A stretch of DNA of 64,000 bases from an uncultured archaeon (lineage in GTDB: Archaea > Thermoplasmatota > Thermoplasmata > Thermoplasmatales > Thermoplasmataceae), in assembly GCA_000965745.1 (NCBI GenBank), contig CP009479.1, positions 576,001-640,000 on the forward strand, in the 5' to 3' direction. Below are positions 49,731-58,201 of this stretch, in pieces. Within the stretch, counting starts at the first letter, position 1. The number at the start of each line of letters is the position of its first letter. Position numbers and translations under genes: made by a program. The notes beneath the pieces are model-generated. The model was not told the origin of the DNA. It searched no databases and saw only the letters and a list, made by a program, of their open reading frames with translations.

Positions 49731-49770
49731 AGTATTCGCTTAAAACATTAAACAAATCCCGACCGGTCCA
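49731..49770 (+). repeat. att-like site 3
   Basis: AGTATTCGCTTAAAACATTAA-ACAAATCCCGACCGGTCCA; 37/40 identical to site 2. Confidence 0.9.
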
Positions 49771-50260
49771 TTTCATGTGCATAATTAGTATGCTTGTGAT
49801 AAATAGGATTATCATGGAGGTTAAGGGTCTTCAGTTTCCTTGTTTGTTTCATTTTGTCCAGCCTTTCTAACAGAATTGCGCGTCTCCCTGGTCCACAGGT
49901 AAACAAGTACGAACACAGTTATTGAGGGCACTATTAAGCCAATAATCCCTGTTTAATTGATCATAATTCAGGTCGAATTCATGCCCGCATTTTTGGCACT
50001 TCAAATGATGCTCCTAGCCCATGCTAATTCCTCTGGTGGATCATATGAAATAAGAATATATATCTCAACAGAAGATCCATAGGCTCCCTACACCATTTTA
50101 AGATTATTCTCCTTTCTATGGGGTACTGACCTCTTCAAGGTACCATCGGGTTTATGCCATGGAAATAGACCGTTATCTTGAGGATTCAGCAATTTTGGAG
50201 TGGGGTGAGCATAAGCTTCTATATAAAAAAACTTTATACTATCGTTTACCATAGATAACT

Positions 50261-50482
50261 GTGACAATTACAACAATACAGATAAAGGAAGAGACCAAGA
50301 AGACATTGCAGTCCATGAAATTACATCCAAGAGAGACTTACGAGGAAGTGATAGAAAGGATGCTGGAGGACCTTCGCGAACTTAATGAAGAAACCATAGC
50401 AGATATCGAGGAAGCTAGAAAGGAAATTGAATCCGGTAAATTCGTCACGCATGAGCAATTGAAAAAGGACCTTGGCCTCTGA
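50261..50482 (+). CDS. Type II antitoxin (RHH, RelB-like)
   Basis: TTIQIKEETK..L...K....ETYEEVI; IEEARKEIESGK; overlaps the toxin. Confidence 0.85.
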   Translation: MTITTIQIKEETKKTLQSMKLHPRETYEEVIERMLEDLRELNEETIADIEEARKEIESGKFVTHEQLKKDLGL

Positions 50483-50736
50483 TGGAATACGAAATAATCT
50501 GGTCAATCAAGGCAGCAGGTCAGATGAGAAGTCTTGATAGGTCCGTTGCCAAAAGAATTCATGAAAAAGTGGACCAGCTTTATCAAAACCCGGAAAGATT
50601 TGTTGAGAAACTCGTCAGGTATCCTTATTACAGGCTTAGGGTGGGAGATTATCGTGTGATTCTTGACATCAAACATGAATCTGTTAGAATATTGATCCTA
50701 AAGGTAGGACCCAGAAGTAAAATATACGAGCGATAG
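50482..50736 (+). CDS. relE: RelE/ParE family toxin
   Basis: YRLRVGDYRVI...VGPRSKIY. Confidence 0.92.
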   Translation: MEYEIIWSIKAAGQMRSLDRSVAKRIHEKVDQLYQNPERFVEKLVRYPYYRLRVGDYRVILDIKHESVRILILKVGPRSKIYER

Positions 50737-50748
50737 TAGAATCAGAAT

Positions 50749-50788
50749 GGTATTCCCTTAAAACATTAATCAAATCCTGACCGGTCCA
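50749..50788 (+). repeat. att-like site 4
   Basis: GGTATTCCCTTAAAACATTAA-TCAAATCCTGACCGGTCCA; 37/40 identical to site 2. Confidence 0.9.
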
Positions 50789-50889
50789 TAATCCTATGAG
50801 CCCGAGTCTCAAGCATATGTTGACATAAATCCACAGATTAAGTTGAAAAGATTTAAAATATCCTCTTTTTCTAATCCCACTAGAGTTGG

Positions 50890-51360
50890 ATGGACCATCT
50901 GAATAAGATTATAGAGGAAGCTTGGAATCAACGGGACACCCCTGAAGTGTTTCTAAAGAAATTCCAGGAAGTATTCGAAGATTACAGCGAAAATGCTGTG
51001 TACTTGTTCGAATATGCAAGTGCTTTGGATTTCCTGGGGAAGGAGACTGAGGCAATTCCTCTATATCAAAGGGCCATAAAGATAGGGCTTTCAGGAAAAA
51101 TGAAAACTCAGGCTGAAATACAGTTGGGAAGTTCACTCAGTGTCACGGGCGAAAATGAAAGTGCCATATCTATCCTGAGCAGAGTACAGAAGGAAACGGG
51201 GGATCCTGCCGCCCTGTCATTCCTGTGCATTGCTCTGATCAGATCTGGAGAAACTAAGAAGTCGCTCAAGACTGCTCTCAATTTTATTCTGTCAAGCAAT
51301 CAGGGTCTATTGCCTGAATATGAGAGACCCCTTTCACAGTACCTTGATGAAATCGGTTGA
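50890..51360 (+). CDS. Tetratricopeptide repeat protein
   Basis: FEYASALDFLGKETEAIPLYQRA, IQLGSSL...G. Confidence 0.85.
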   Translation: MDHLNKIIEEAWNQRDTPEVFLKKFQEVFEDYSENAVYLFEYASALDFLGKETEAIPLYQRAIKIGLSGKMKTQAEIQLGSSLSVTGENESAISILSRVQKETGDPAALSFLCIALIRSGETKKSLKTALNFILSSNQGLLPEYERPLSQYLDEIG

Positions 51361-51447
51361 TTTCTGATTCCGTCCGCCCATTCTGGCATATTGTAGCCAT
51401 TCATTTAGAGAAGTGCCAACAAATGACTTGTAAGACCGACGCAAAAA

Positions 51448-52350
51448 TCATCCTCTACCCTTTACTTCGCGATAAAGGTTTATGGATGCCGGGCTTGTTT
51501 TCCACATTTTGTTCAAGCGTATTCCTGGAAGTTCTCCCTGTTTAATTCTCAGTGCCAGGTATTTCGACGAGTAATCTGTACCGGAGGCTTCTCTTGCCTC
51601 TTTCAGGGTCAATAGGTTATCCTCTTCGGAACCCACCTTGTCGAGAACAAAGACAAGTGATCTTGCCATATTTGTTTCCAGAAACTCTGTTAATTTGCTC
51701 ACACCTTTACCATGAGCAGCCTCAAGCGCATCCAGATAAGAACCTCTGTCGTTAGGGAGAATGTGAATCAACGGCCAGTTGTGATTGAGGAAGTGTATAT
51801 TCAGCAGCAGTCTTCCGACTCTTCCATTTCCATCTGAAAAGGGATGGATTGACTCGAAACCGATGTGCATCTCTGCAGCCTGTGCGAAGATATCTTCACG
51901 CCCCATATCCATTGCCGCATAGTGCTTTTCCCATTCCCGAAGCAGTGAAATGAGCTTTTCAACTCTTGGGGGTGAATATCTTGAACCTGATATTCTGACA
52001 TTGACTTTCCTCCACTGACCTGCGTCAATAAGTATCCCATAAAAAATATGTCGGTGCAAATCCAATGCACTTTTCATGCTAACTTCACATATTCTTCCAC
52101 TTACAATTTCTGCCAAAGCGGATCGATGCTGGATAGTTTCAAGCAGATCTCTCACTGGGCGATCAGGAATAGTCATTCCACTTTCAATTACTCTGGTCAC
52201 TTCATCCAGGGTTAGAGTGTTACCCTCTATGGCATTAGTTCCCCAGGTATTGAGTATGAACGATTCTTGAAGGGTCTTCTCTGGCATATTGCGTAATGAG
52301 CCTCGATCCAACATCCTTTCCCTGAGTCTATTTAGTATGTGTCTATCCAT
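51448..52350 (-). CDS. Fic family protein with C-terminal HTH
   Basis: TNAIEGNTL; HPFSDGNGRVGR Fic motif. Confidence 0.93.
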   Translation of the reverse strand: MDRHILNRLRERMLDRGSLRNMPEKTLQESFILNTWGTNAIEGNTLTLDEVTRVIESGMTIPDRPVRDLLETIQHRSALAEIVSGRICEVSMKSALDLHRHIFYGILIDAGQWRKVNVRISGSRYSPPRVEKLISLLREWEKHYAAMDMGREDIFAQAAEMHIGFESIHPFSDGNGRVGRLLLNIHFLNHNWPLIHILPNDRGSYLDALEAAHGKGVSKLTEFLETNMARSLVFVLDKVGSEEDNLLTLKEAREASGTDYSSKYLALRIKQGELPGIRLNKMWKTSPASINLYREVKGRG

Positions 52351-52437
52351 TATCGATACAAATATACATATTAGATATTTAAACATATATGGAAAACTCA
52401 AATAATCTTATTAACTCCATATTAACCATCATTTTAA

Positions 52438-52707
52438 CAAAATTGAGCGGGAAATCCCCTTCCGAAAGGGAGGGAATGAAAGTGAACCTATCTGTATCAC
52501 AAACAGATGTAATTCCTGTTCGCTGGCAGACAGAAGTGAAAGTGGTCGGATAGCATATTGCTCCATGCATGCCTGCGTCCGTAAAGTCAGGTGGCTGAGC
52601 ATGGAGGACATAGTACCTTCGGGCCAAGGGGAATTCAAGCCTGTGGAGATTCCGCCAGCAACCTTTGAAGCAGGAAGCTCCCTGTGAAAGCTGGGAGAGG
52701 AGGTCAC
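52438..52707 (+). mobile_element. Non-autonomous IS200/IS605-family derivative (270 bp) with tnpB 3'-end/omegaRNA remnant
   Basis: Preceded by TTTAA; left hairpin CCCTTCC-GAAA-GGGAGGG; tnpB-like tail VPSGQGEFKPVE; right hairpin CTCCC..GGGAG ending GGAGGTCAC. Confidence 0.75.
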
Positions 52708-52720
52708 ATAGTTTCAAAGC

Positions 52721-53227
52721 TCAATCCAATGAAATCCTTTCCATCTCGTTTCCATTTACTGTTAGAAGCCCCTTAACCTCACAGGCTTTCGACAGTGTGT
52801 TGGTAACATAGCAGTCGGAGGCAGAAACTGATGCCAATTCCCTGATTTTCTCGACGTTTTCAGGCGATCTGATGTCAACGAAATATACTATCTCAGAGAA
52901 AGATCTTGGCCTGCTTACGCTGAATTTTCCCTCAACCCCTATGGTGAGGTGATCGATTACCAGATCTTTGGAGCCCGCGTGTTCTCCGTAGTGTATCATC
53001 TGGCACATGGCAAGGCTTGATACAAAATAAGCGAGAGGACTGGGCCCATTTTCATCTGATACCCAGGAAAATTCCTGATTGCCAGGACTGGCTCTGGAAA
53101 ATAGATTGTTACCCTTGCTCACTGTGACACTGACATTTGAAAAAACATCTCCTTTCTTATCAAATTTTGAGAATTTTTCCATCCTTTCCTTCATTCTCTG
53201 TTTGAAGTCTCCGTCAAACTGTACCAT
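52721..53227 (-). CDS. OsmC/Ohr family protein
   Basis: SDE.GPSP..YF..SLAMC...CYVTNTL. Confidence 0.8.
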   Translation of the reverse strand: MVQFDGDFKQRMKERMEKFSKFDKKGDVFSNVSVTVSKGNNLFSRASPGNQEFSWVSDENGPSPLAYFVSSLAMCQMIHYGEHAGSKDLVIDHLTIGVEGKFSVSRPRSFSEIVYFVDIRSPENVEKIRELASVSASDCYVTNTLSKACEVKGLLTVNGNEMERISLD

Positions 53228-53262
53228 GCCACTGAAATTTGGATTGGTTCTTAATTCCTCAC

Positions 53263-53277
53263 CGTCAACCGTTGACG
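53263..53277. promoter_or_regulatory. Palindromic operator CGTCAAC-C-GTTGACG upstream of the osmC-like gene
   Basis: Perfect 7-1-7 palindrome; related copies at 54055-54063 and 54168-54179. Confidence 0.65.
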
Positions 53278-53296
53278 CAAGCCGGCCTTTTTGGTC

Positions 53297-53983
53297 TCAA
53301 ACAGTAACAATCCTGCCAAGGGCTGTTATCTCTACTTCCATTCTTCCCCTGGCCTTTCTGTTTACGGACACAAGCCCAAGATCGATGAGACCCTGAGAAT
53401 CGTCAGTGCCATTCATGTGCCTGCTGATAAGGGATTTTTCAAGCCCCGTTAATTCCGAGAGCTGCTCAAGGCTATCCACCTTGCCTTTCATCCTTGACAG
53501 TGCACTTAATATAGAAAGCTTGGTCTCAGACAATATCTTCTGGTATCCCAGCTTCATGATGGGCAGCATATGCACACCCGATTGATCCACCCAGAAAGCT
53601 CTTATGCCAAAAATAAAAGCAGAGGAAATGGCGGTGCACGACAGGAGTTTCCCTCCTTCGGTAACATTCATGAAAATGTCCTCATACTCCTGGCTATGCT
53701 CCTTATACACTGATTTTACGGCGTCGAGGACCTCATTGAGTTCCCCCGATTCTATCATCACCTCATCAACCTGGGCCATAAGGGCTCCTGAGACCTGCTC
53801 CATAAAACCATTGAACGGAACGTCATTCACGGGGATGCTTTTCCCATGGACCCGTTCGTGAATTATTACAATCTTGTCCAGAGGAAGATGCCTTATTCCG
53901 GATCTTATCCCTGTATAAGACTGCCCGTCTGTATATATGGCGATCTGAAGGGTCTTTTTCTGTAAGCCGGCCTCATCTGCCAT
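53297..53983 (-). CDS. CARF-like + winged-HTH transcriptional regulator (Csa3-like architecture)
   Basis: DKIVII, NVTEGGK (CARF motif II pattern), C-terminal LSELTGLEKSLISRH...ITALGR. Confidence 0.75.
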   Translation of the reverse strand: MADEAGLQKKTLQIAIYTDGQSYTGIRSGIRHLPLDKIVIIHERVHGKSIPVNDVPFNGFMEQVSGALMAQVDEVMIESGELNEVLDAVKSVYKEHSQEYEDIFMNVTEGGKLLSCTAISSAFIFGIRAFWVDQSGVHMLPIMKLGYQKILSETKLSILSALSRMKGKVDSLEQLSELTGLEKSLISRHMNGTDDSQGLIDLGLVSVNRKARGRMEVEITALGRIVTV

Positions 53984-54223
53984 GGTTCTTAGGAAGCAAT
54001 CAGTGTTTATAGACATGTGTTCGCATCAAGGGAGGTAATACTAACTTTCCCCAGCAACCGTTGGTGGGTAATTTATTCTATCTTAGGTATGCATATCCAG
54101 CGTGTATTGACAAGAGAAGTCTTCCGGCTTAACACTTATTTTGAATCCCGTTACGACTTCATATTAGCAACCGTTGACGGAATTGGCTTATATATACTTC
54201 CAAAATCTGAAAATCAGATAAAA

Positions 54224-54820
54224 ATGACAGAAAACAGATGTGATGTGTGCGGTATGTCCTTTGGCTCGAAAGAGAGCCTGATGGAACATGCAAAAATGCA
54301 CATGGGATCGGGAAATACAAGAACGGGACCAGGGAAGCTGACAACAAGGGGTGTAATAACCTCATCCGTGGTTGGAGGAATTCTTGGTGGAATAGTAATG
54401 CTCATAGTCCTAATGGTTGGTGCAATGGGAATGGGGCTTTCGGCCACAACTTTTGCAATGGTTATGGGCATGGGCCTTGGCGCTTCAATGGGAGCGGCGA
54501 CGGCTGTTGGAGTAGTCAGCCATTTTGTTGTTGCAATAGTGGCAGGAGGCATATTTGGGGCAATCGTTTCATTTGTGAAACCTCTTGGCCTTAAAACAGC
54601 AGGTAGAGCACCTATTCTGGGTTTAGTGTTTGGCATAGTAATGTTCCTGGTGTTCTTCCTTCCAATGGCGATGGCGGTATTTGCACCTGTAATGATGCAC
54701 CTGATGGATCCAAAGGCTGCAATGATGCTACCAGATGTACTGGTGACAGGATTCATAGGTCACATCCTGTTCGGTCTCGTACTTGGAACAGTGGCATTTT
54801 ACTTTGGAAGAAAATTTTAA
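54224..54820 (+). CDS. C2H2 zinc finger fused to a Met-rich four-TM membrane domain
   Basis: CDVC...H...H; hydrophobic helices with many Met and two TM His; TTATATA upstream. Confidence 0.75.
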   Translation: MTENRCDVCGMSFGSKESLMEHAKMHMGSGNTRTGPGKLTTRGVITSSVVGGILGGIVMLIVLMVGAMGMGLSATTFAMVMGMGLGASMGAATAVGVVSHFVVAIVAGGIFGAIVSFVKPLGLKTAGRAPILGLVFGIVMFLVFFLPMAMAVFAPVMMHLMDPKAAMMLPDVLVTGFIGHILFGLVLGTVAFYFGRKF

Positions 54821-54872
54821 ATTATCAAACATAATTTTTTAATATTTAAAATAAAGATCATGAGTGATTGAA

Positions 54873-56225
54873 ATGACAGCAAAATACGACTTAATAATCA
54901 TAGGATCAGGATCAGCTTCCACTACCACAGCGTTCAGGGCACTGAAAGCAGGAAAGAAAATTGCAGTGATAGACCAGAAGCCAATCGGAGGAACATGCGC
55001 CCTCAGGGGATGTGATCCCAAAAAGGTCATGGTAGGTGTTACCGATTCCCTGGAGCATGCAAAACGACTCCAGGGATACGGCATATCTGATTTTAAGGGA
55101 GAACTCAACTGGGACGAGCTCATGAAGTTCAAGAGCTCCTTTACCGAGCCAATGTCCAAGAAAATAGAGGAAAGCCTCGTTAAAAGTGGTATTGATGTGC
55201 ACAGAGGGAGGGCGAAATTTATCAAGCCTGATACGCTCGAAGTTGAAGGAAAACCACTGGAAGCCGAAAAATTCCTGATATCCTCAGGAGTGAAGGCAGC
55301 AACTCTCAATTTTCCTGGTTCAGAGTACCTGATAGATAATGAGGAGTTTCTGAACCTTCCCTCACTGCCGAAGAACCTGGTGTTCATCGGCGGGGGATAC
55401 ATTTCGGTTGAATTCGCCAGTATAGCAAGAAAAGCTGGCTCGGAGGCAACTATAATACAGCACTCAGACAGGATACTGGTCAACTTTGACAAAGAAGTTG
55501 CTGAAGTCCTTTCCAAGCAGTTGAAAGATTCGGGTATAAGGACTCTGACAAGCAGCTCAGTGAAGGAGATACAGAAGTCAGGGGGCAAATATGAAATACG
55601 CCTTGCAAAGGACGGAAAGGAGCATTCCATTACAGCAGATCTTGTTGTTCATGGTGCGGGCAGAGAATTTGATTCAGACATGGGACTTGAAGTTGGACAG
55701 GTGAAATGGTCCAGAAAAGGAGTGGCAGTAAATGAATATCTCCAGAGTGTGTCGAATCCCAGGGTTTATGCTGCTGGAGATTCCGCTGATACTTCAGGAC
55801 CAAAGCTGACACCGATTGCGGTTATGGAAGGCAACATAGCAGCAGAGAACATCATAAACGGAAATTCCGTGAAGGCAAATTACACAGGGATTCCTACGTC
55901 CGTCTTCTCCTCTCCGCCATTGGCAATGGTTGGAATCACTGAGGAGGGTGCTTCCAGGAAAGGTATTAAGACAACTGTGAAAAAAGGGGAGATGACATCC
56001 TGGTATAATTCCAGGAGGAGAATGGTGCCAAGTTCATTCTATAAGATCATCATGAATGAGGACTCCAGCAAAATTCTGGGTGCACACATTCTTGGTGAAA
56101 ATTCAGAGGAAACCATTAATATCTTCGCCCTTGCAATAAGGCTTGGCATCGATGTGAAAACACTACTCTCGATACCTTACACCTATCCATCGGATACGAA
56201 CGACATTAGATACATGATCGGGTAA
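54873..56225 (+). CDS. Class I pyridine nucleotide-disulfide oxidoreductase (glutathione reductase-like)
   Basis: IGSGS, GGTCALRGCDPKK redox disulfide, IGGGYI, AAGD. Confidence 0.9.
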   Translation: MTAKYDLIIIGSGSASTTTAFRALKAGKKIAVIDQKPIGGTCALRGCDPKKVMVGVTDSLEHAKRLQGYGISDFKGELNWDELMKFKSSFTEPMSKKIEESLVKSGIDVHRGRAKFIKPDTLEVEGKPLEAEKFLISSGVKAATLNFPGSEYLIDNEEFLNLPSLPKNLVFIGGGYISVEFASIARKAGSEATIIQHSDRILVNFDKEVAEVLSKQLKDSGIRTLTSSSVKEIQKSGGKYEIRLAKDGKEHSITADLVVHGAGREFDSDMGLEVGQVKWSRKGVAVNEYLQSVSNPRVYAAGDSADTSGPKLTPIAVMEGNIAAENIINGNSVKANYTGIPTSVFSSPPLAMVGITEEGASRKGIKTTVKKGEMTSWYNSRRRMVPSSFYKIIMNEDSSKILGAHILGENSEETINIFALAIRLGIDVKTLLSIPYTYPSDTNDIRYMIG

Positions 56226-56290
56226 ATCCTGCATTCAATATCTATTGCCGAACAACTCCATTTTTTTTGTATTGCGGGAAGTGTGTATTT

Positions 56291-56330
56291 GATAATAGAT
56301 TAAAATTTTGATCAAATCCCGACCGCCTCT
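56291..56330 (+). repeat. att-like site 5 (degenerate)
   Basis: GATAATAGATTAAAATTTTGA-TCAAATCCCGACCGCCTCT; 30/40 identical to site 2, first 14 core bases exact. Confidence 0.75.
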
Positions 56331-56364
56331 GAATGTGATTTATTGCAAAGGGGGAAAACCGTAC

Positions 56365-56625
56365 GGGTGTGATTCTCCGTCAGGATATGAAGCGCCCAGT
56401 TTTCTGAAAGCGCCCATTCTGGCTGGAAGTCTGCCCGGATGGCCAAACTGGCACCAGCCGACCATGTCTTTGCTATCGTACACTAGTGCAGAGTGCGGAG
56501 CTTTCCATCCTTGACAAGCTTCTTCTCATACTCCCTGGTGTTTTGGGCAGCCTGTTCATAAATCCCTGGTTTTCGGTGGAAGGAAACACACCAGCAACCA
56601 CCCCAAATCCCGTTGTGCTTTTTCG
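56365..56625 (-). pseudogene. Frameshifted GNAT acetyltransferase remnant
   Basis: KHNGIWGGCWCVSFH and HSALVYDSKDMVGWCQFG lie in different frames. Confidence 0.65.
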
Positions 56626-56734
56626 TGGTTCTGGCCAAATCAGGCCACCATTAATGAGTGAGAACAACTAATTTGCCTTTTCCAAACTAAGGCTCTGAGT
56701 TTGGAATTATATGAAATCTCAACTACAATTGAGG

Positions 56735-57718
56735 TTAAGTTAGCCTAAGATCTACTCCCATCTTCCTCGATAGGTTCGGGAGATCCTGCACAACATAGAA
56801 GAAAGCCATCCAGGACCATTCACCCCATCGTCTCATTCCCTCAGCTTTTACCTTTTCAACCGCCTCCCTGTTGTTCTCCGGCTTCTTACCGAAAAACAGC
56901 TTGCCAAAAACCTCAGCCGACCAGACATCTATGGGGAACCCCCCATGCGGGCTGATTATGTCTGCGGAGTAATCCCCTATTCCCGGCAACCCGATAAGTG
57001 CCTTCCTGGCCTCCCCGGGACTCATTTCCGCGAGTTGCTGCATCGATGGGAATTTCTCCTCTGAAAGCTTTTTTGCAAGTTTTACTATGTGCTTTGCCCT
57101 ATACCCGACTTTGCATTTTCTTGCTAGCTCGCTCTCTTCGATTGAGGAAATTCTTTCCGGAACTGGCCATGCAGAAACCTGTCTGTCATCGAATTCGGCT
57201 GCCTCGCCATAGTTTTGAATGAAAGAAGCCATCATCTCATTGCTTCTCTTAAGAGGGGCCATCTGAAGAAGTATAGCAAGCACAGCCTCAGGGAAAACAG
57301 ATGGTGGAATTCCGTCATGCATTCCATAAAGGTCGTCCACCGCATGCTTCAGTATGTCGTCCTTCCTTGCCATTTCATAAAATCCGCTAAGGTCCTGCTC
57401 TGCCCCCAGGGCTTCCTTGATAACATCAATAAGGAATTTCGTATGAGATATAGCCAGTTCTTCAATGGAAAATACCTGCACACTCACCACCGGGTTGCTG
57501 ATATTTCCCTCCGACCACATTTTAACCCCAATCAGGGTGGAAGAAACCTTGGTGGCTGACCACAGTGTACCGTTCTCGAATATTTCGAAGGGCGTAAAGA
57601 ATGACCATCCTGCAGGATTCTTTACTGTAAGGCTGAAATCAAAAGGTGCTGTCGGTTTCAGTGAGAACTCAAAAATGTGGGAAAGAGGCGTCACAACTAA
57701 GGAGATGTTGTACTCCAT
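56735..57718 (-). CDS. HhH-GPD DNA glycosylase (AlkA-like)
   Basis: VGYRAKHI, LPGIGDYSA, FPIDVW. Confidence 0.85.
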   Translation of the reverse strand: MEYNISLVVTPLSHIFEFSLKPTAPFDFSLTVKNPAGWSFFTPFEIFENGTLWSATKVSSTLIGVKMWSEGNISNPVVSVQVFSIEELAISHTKFLIDVIKEALGAEQDLSGFYEMARKDDILKHAVDDLYGMHDGIPPSVFPEAVLAILLQMAPLKRSNEMMASFIQNYGEAAEFDDRQVSAWPVPERISSIEESELARKCKVGYRAKHIVKLAKKLSEEKFPSMQQLAEMSPGEARKALIGLPGIGDYSADIISPHGGFPIDVWSAEVFGKLFFGKKPENNREAVEKVKAEGMRRWGEWSWMAFFYVVQDLPNLSRKMGVDLRLT

Positions 57719-57795
57719 TGTATTGTTTTTGCTACTCCGCTTGAATGTGCCTGTTCATCGTGCTTGATGGTTCGGGCCATTTCTACCATACTGTC

Positions 57796-58201
57796 TTATT
57801 GCTCCTGGGACATCAGCATCCACCTGATTCCGTAACGATCATCCAGCATAGCGTAGAATCCGCCCCAAAACGGTTTCTCTACAGGCGTTATCACTTCCCT
57901 CCCTCTGAAAGGGTTTCTAAAAGGTTCCTCATTGTTTTCTCATCTTCATACTCGTTACTGATAGAGATCACACTGCAAGACCAAGCTTGTAAGAGGCGAA
58001 TGTATCCATTGCAAACAGCTCAAGATCACCGTTTTTCAGGCTTGAATGTATTATATTCTTCATATCAGGCGGTACCTCTTCCTCCATCGGCGACCCACCT
58101 GCCATCATTGTGTTAAGTACTCCCCCAAAGCAGTTTTTTTAGAAGTCCATGGCCTCTTCGCATGTGCCGCCAAAAGTCAGATGTGGAACTAATTCCTTCA
58201 T
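57796..58201 (-). pseudogene. PhnB/VOC family pseudogene
   Basis: MKELVPHLTFGGTCEEAMDF* ... PFWGGFYAMLDDRYGIRWML, with stops and frameshifts. Confidence 0.75.

Noticed and set aside
52379-52717. Minus-strand ORFs of 112 and 92 aa
   Set aside because: They lie across the IS200/IS605-derived mini-element and have no protein motif.
54873-56225. Mercuric reductase MerA
   Set aside because: No C-terminal Cys-Cys pair, no NmerA domain and no mer genes nearby.
47766-56330. 40-bp repeats as a CRISPR array
   Set aside because: Spacing is 1-5.5 kb with whole genes between, the repeat contains the tRNA 3' end, and there are no cas genes.
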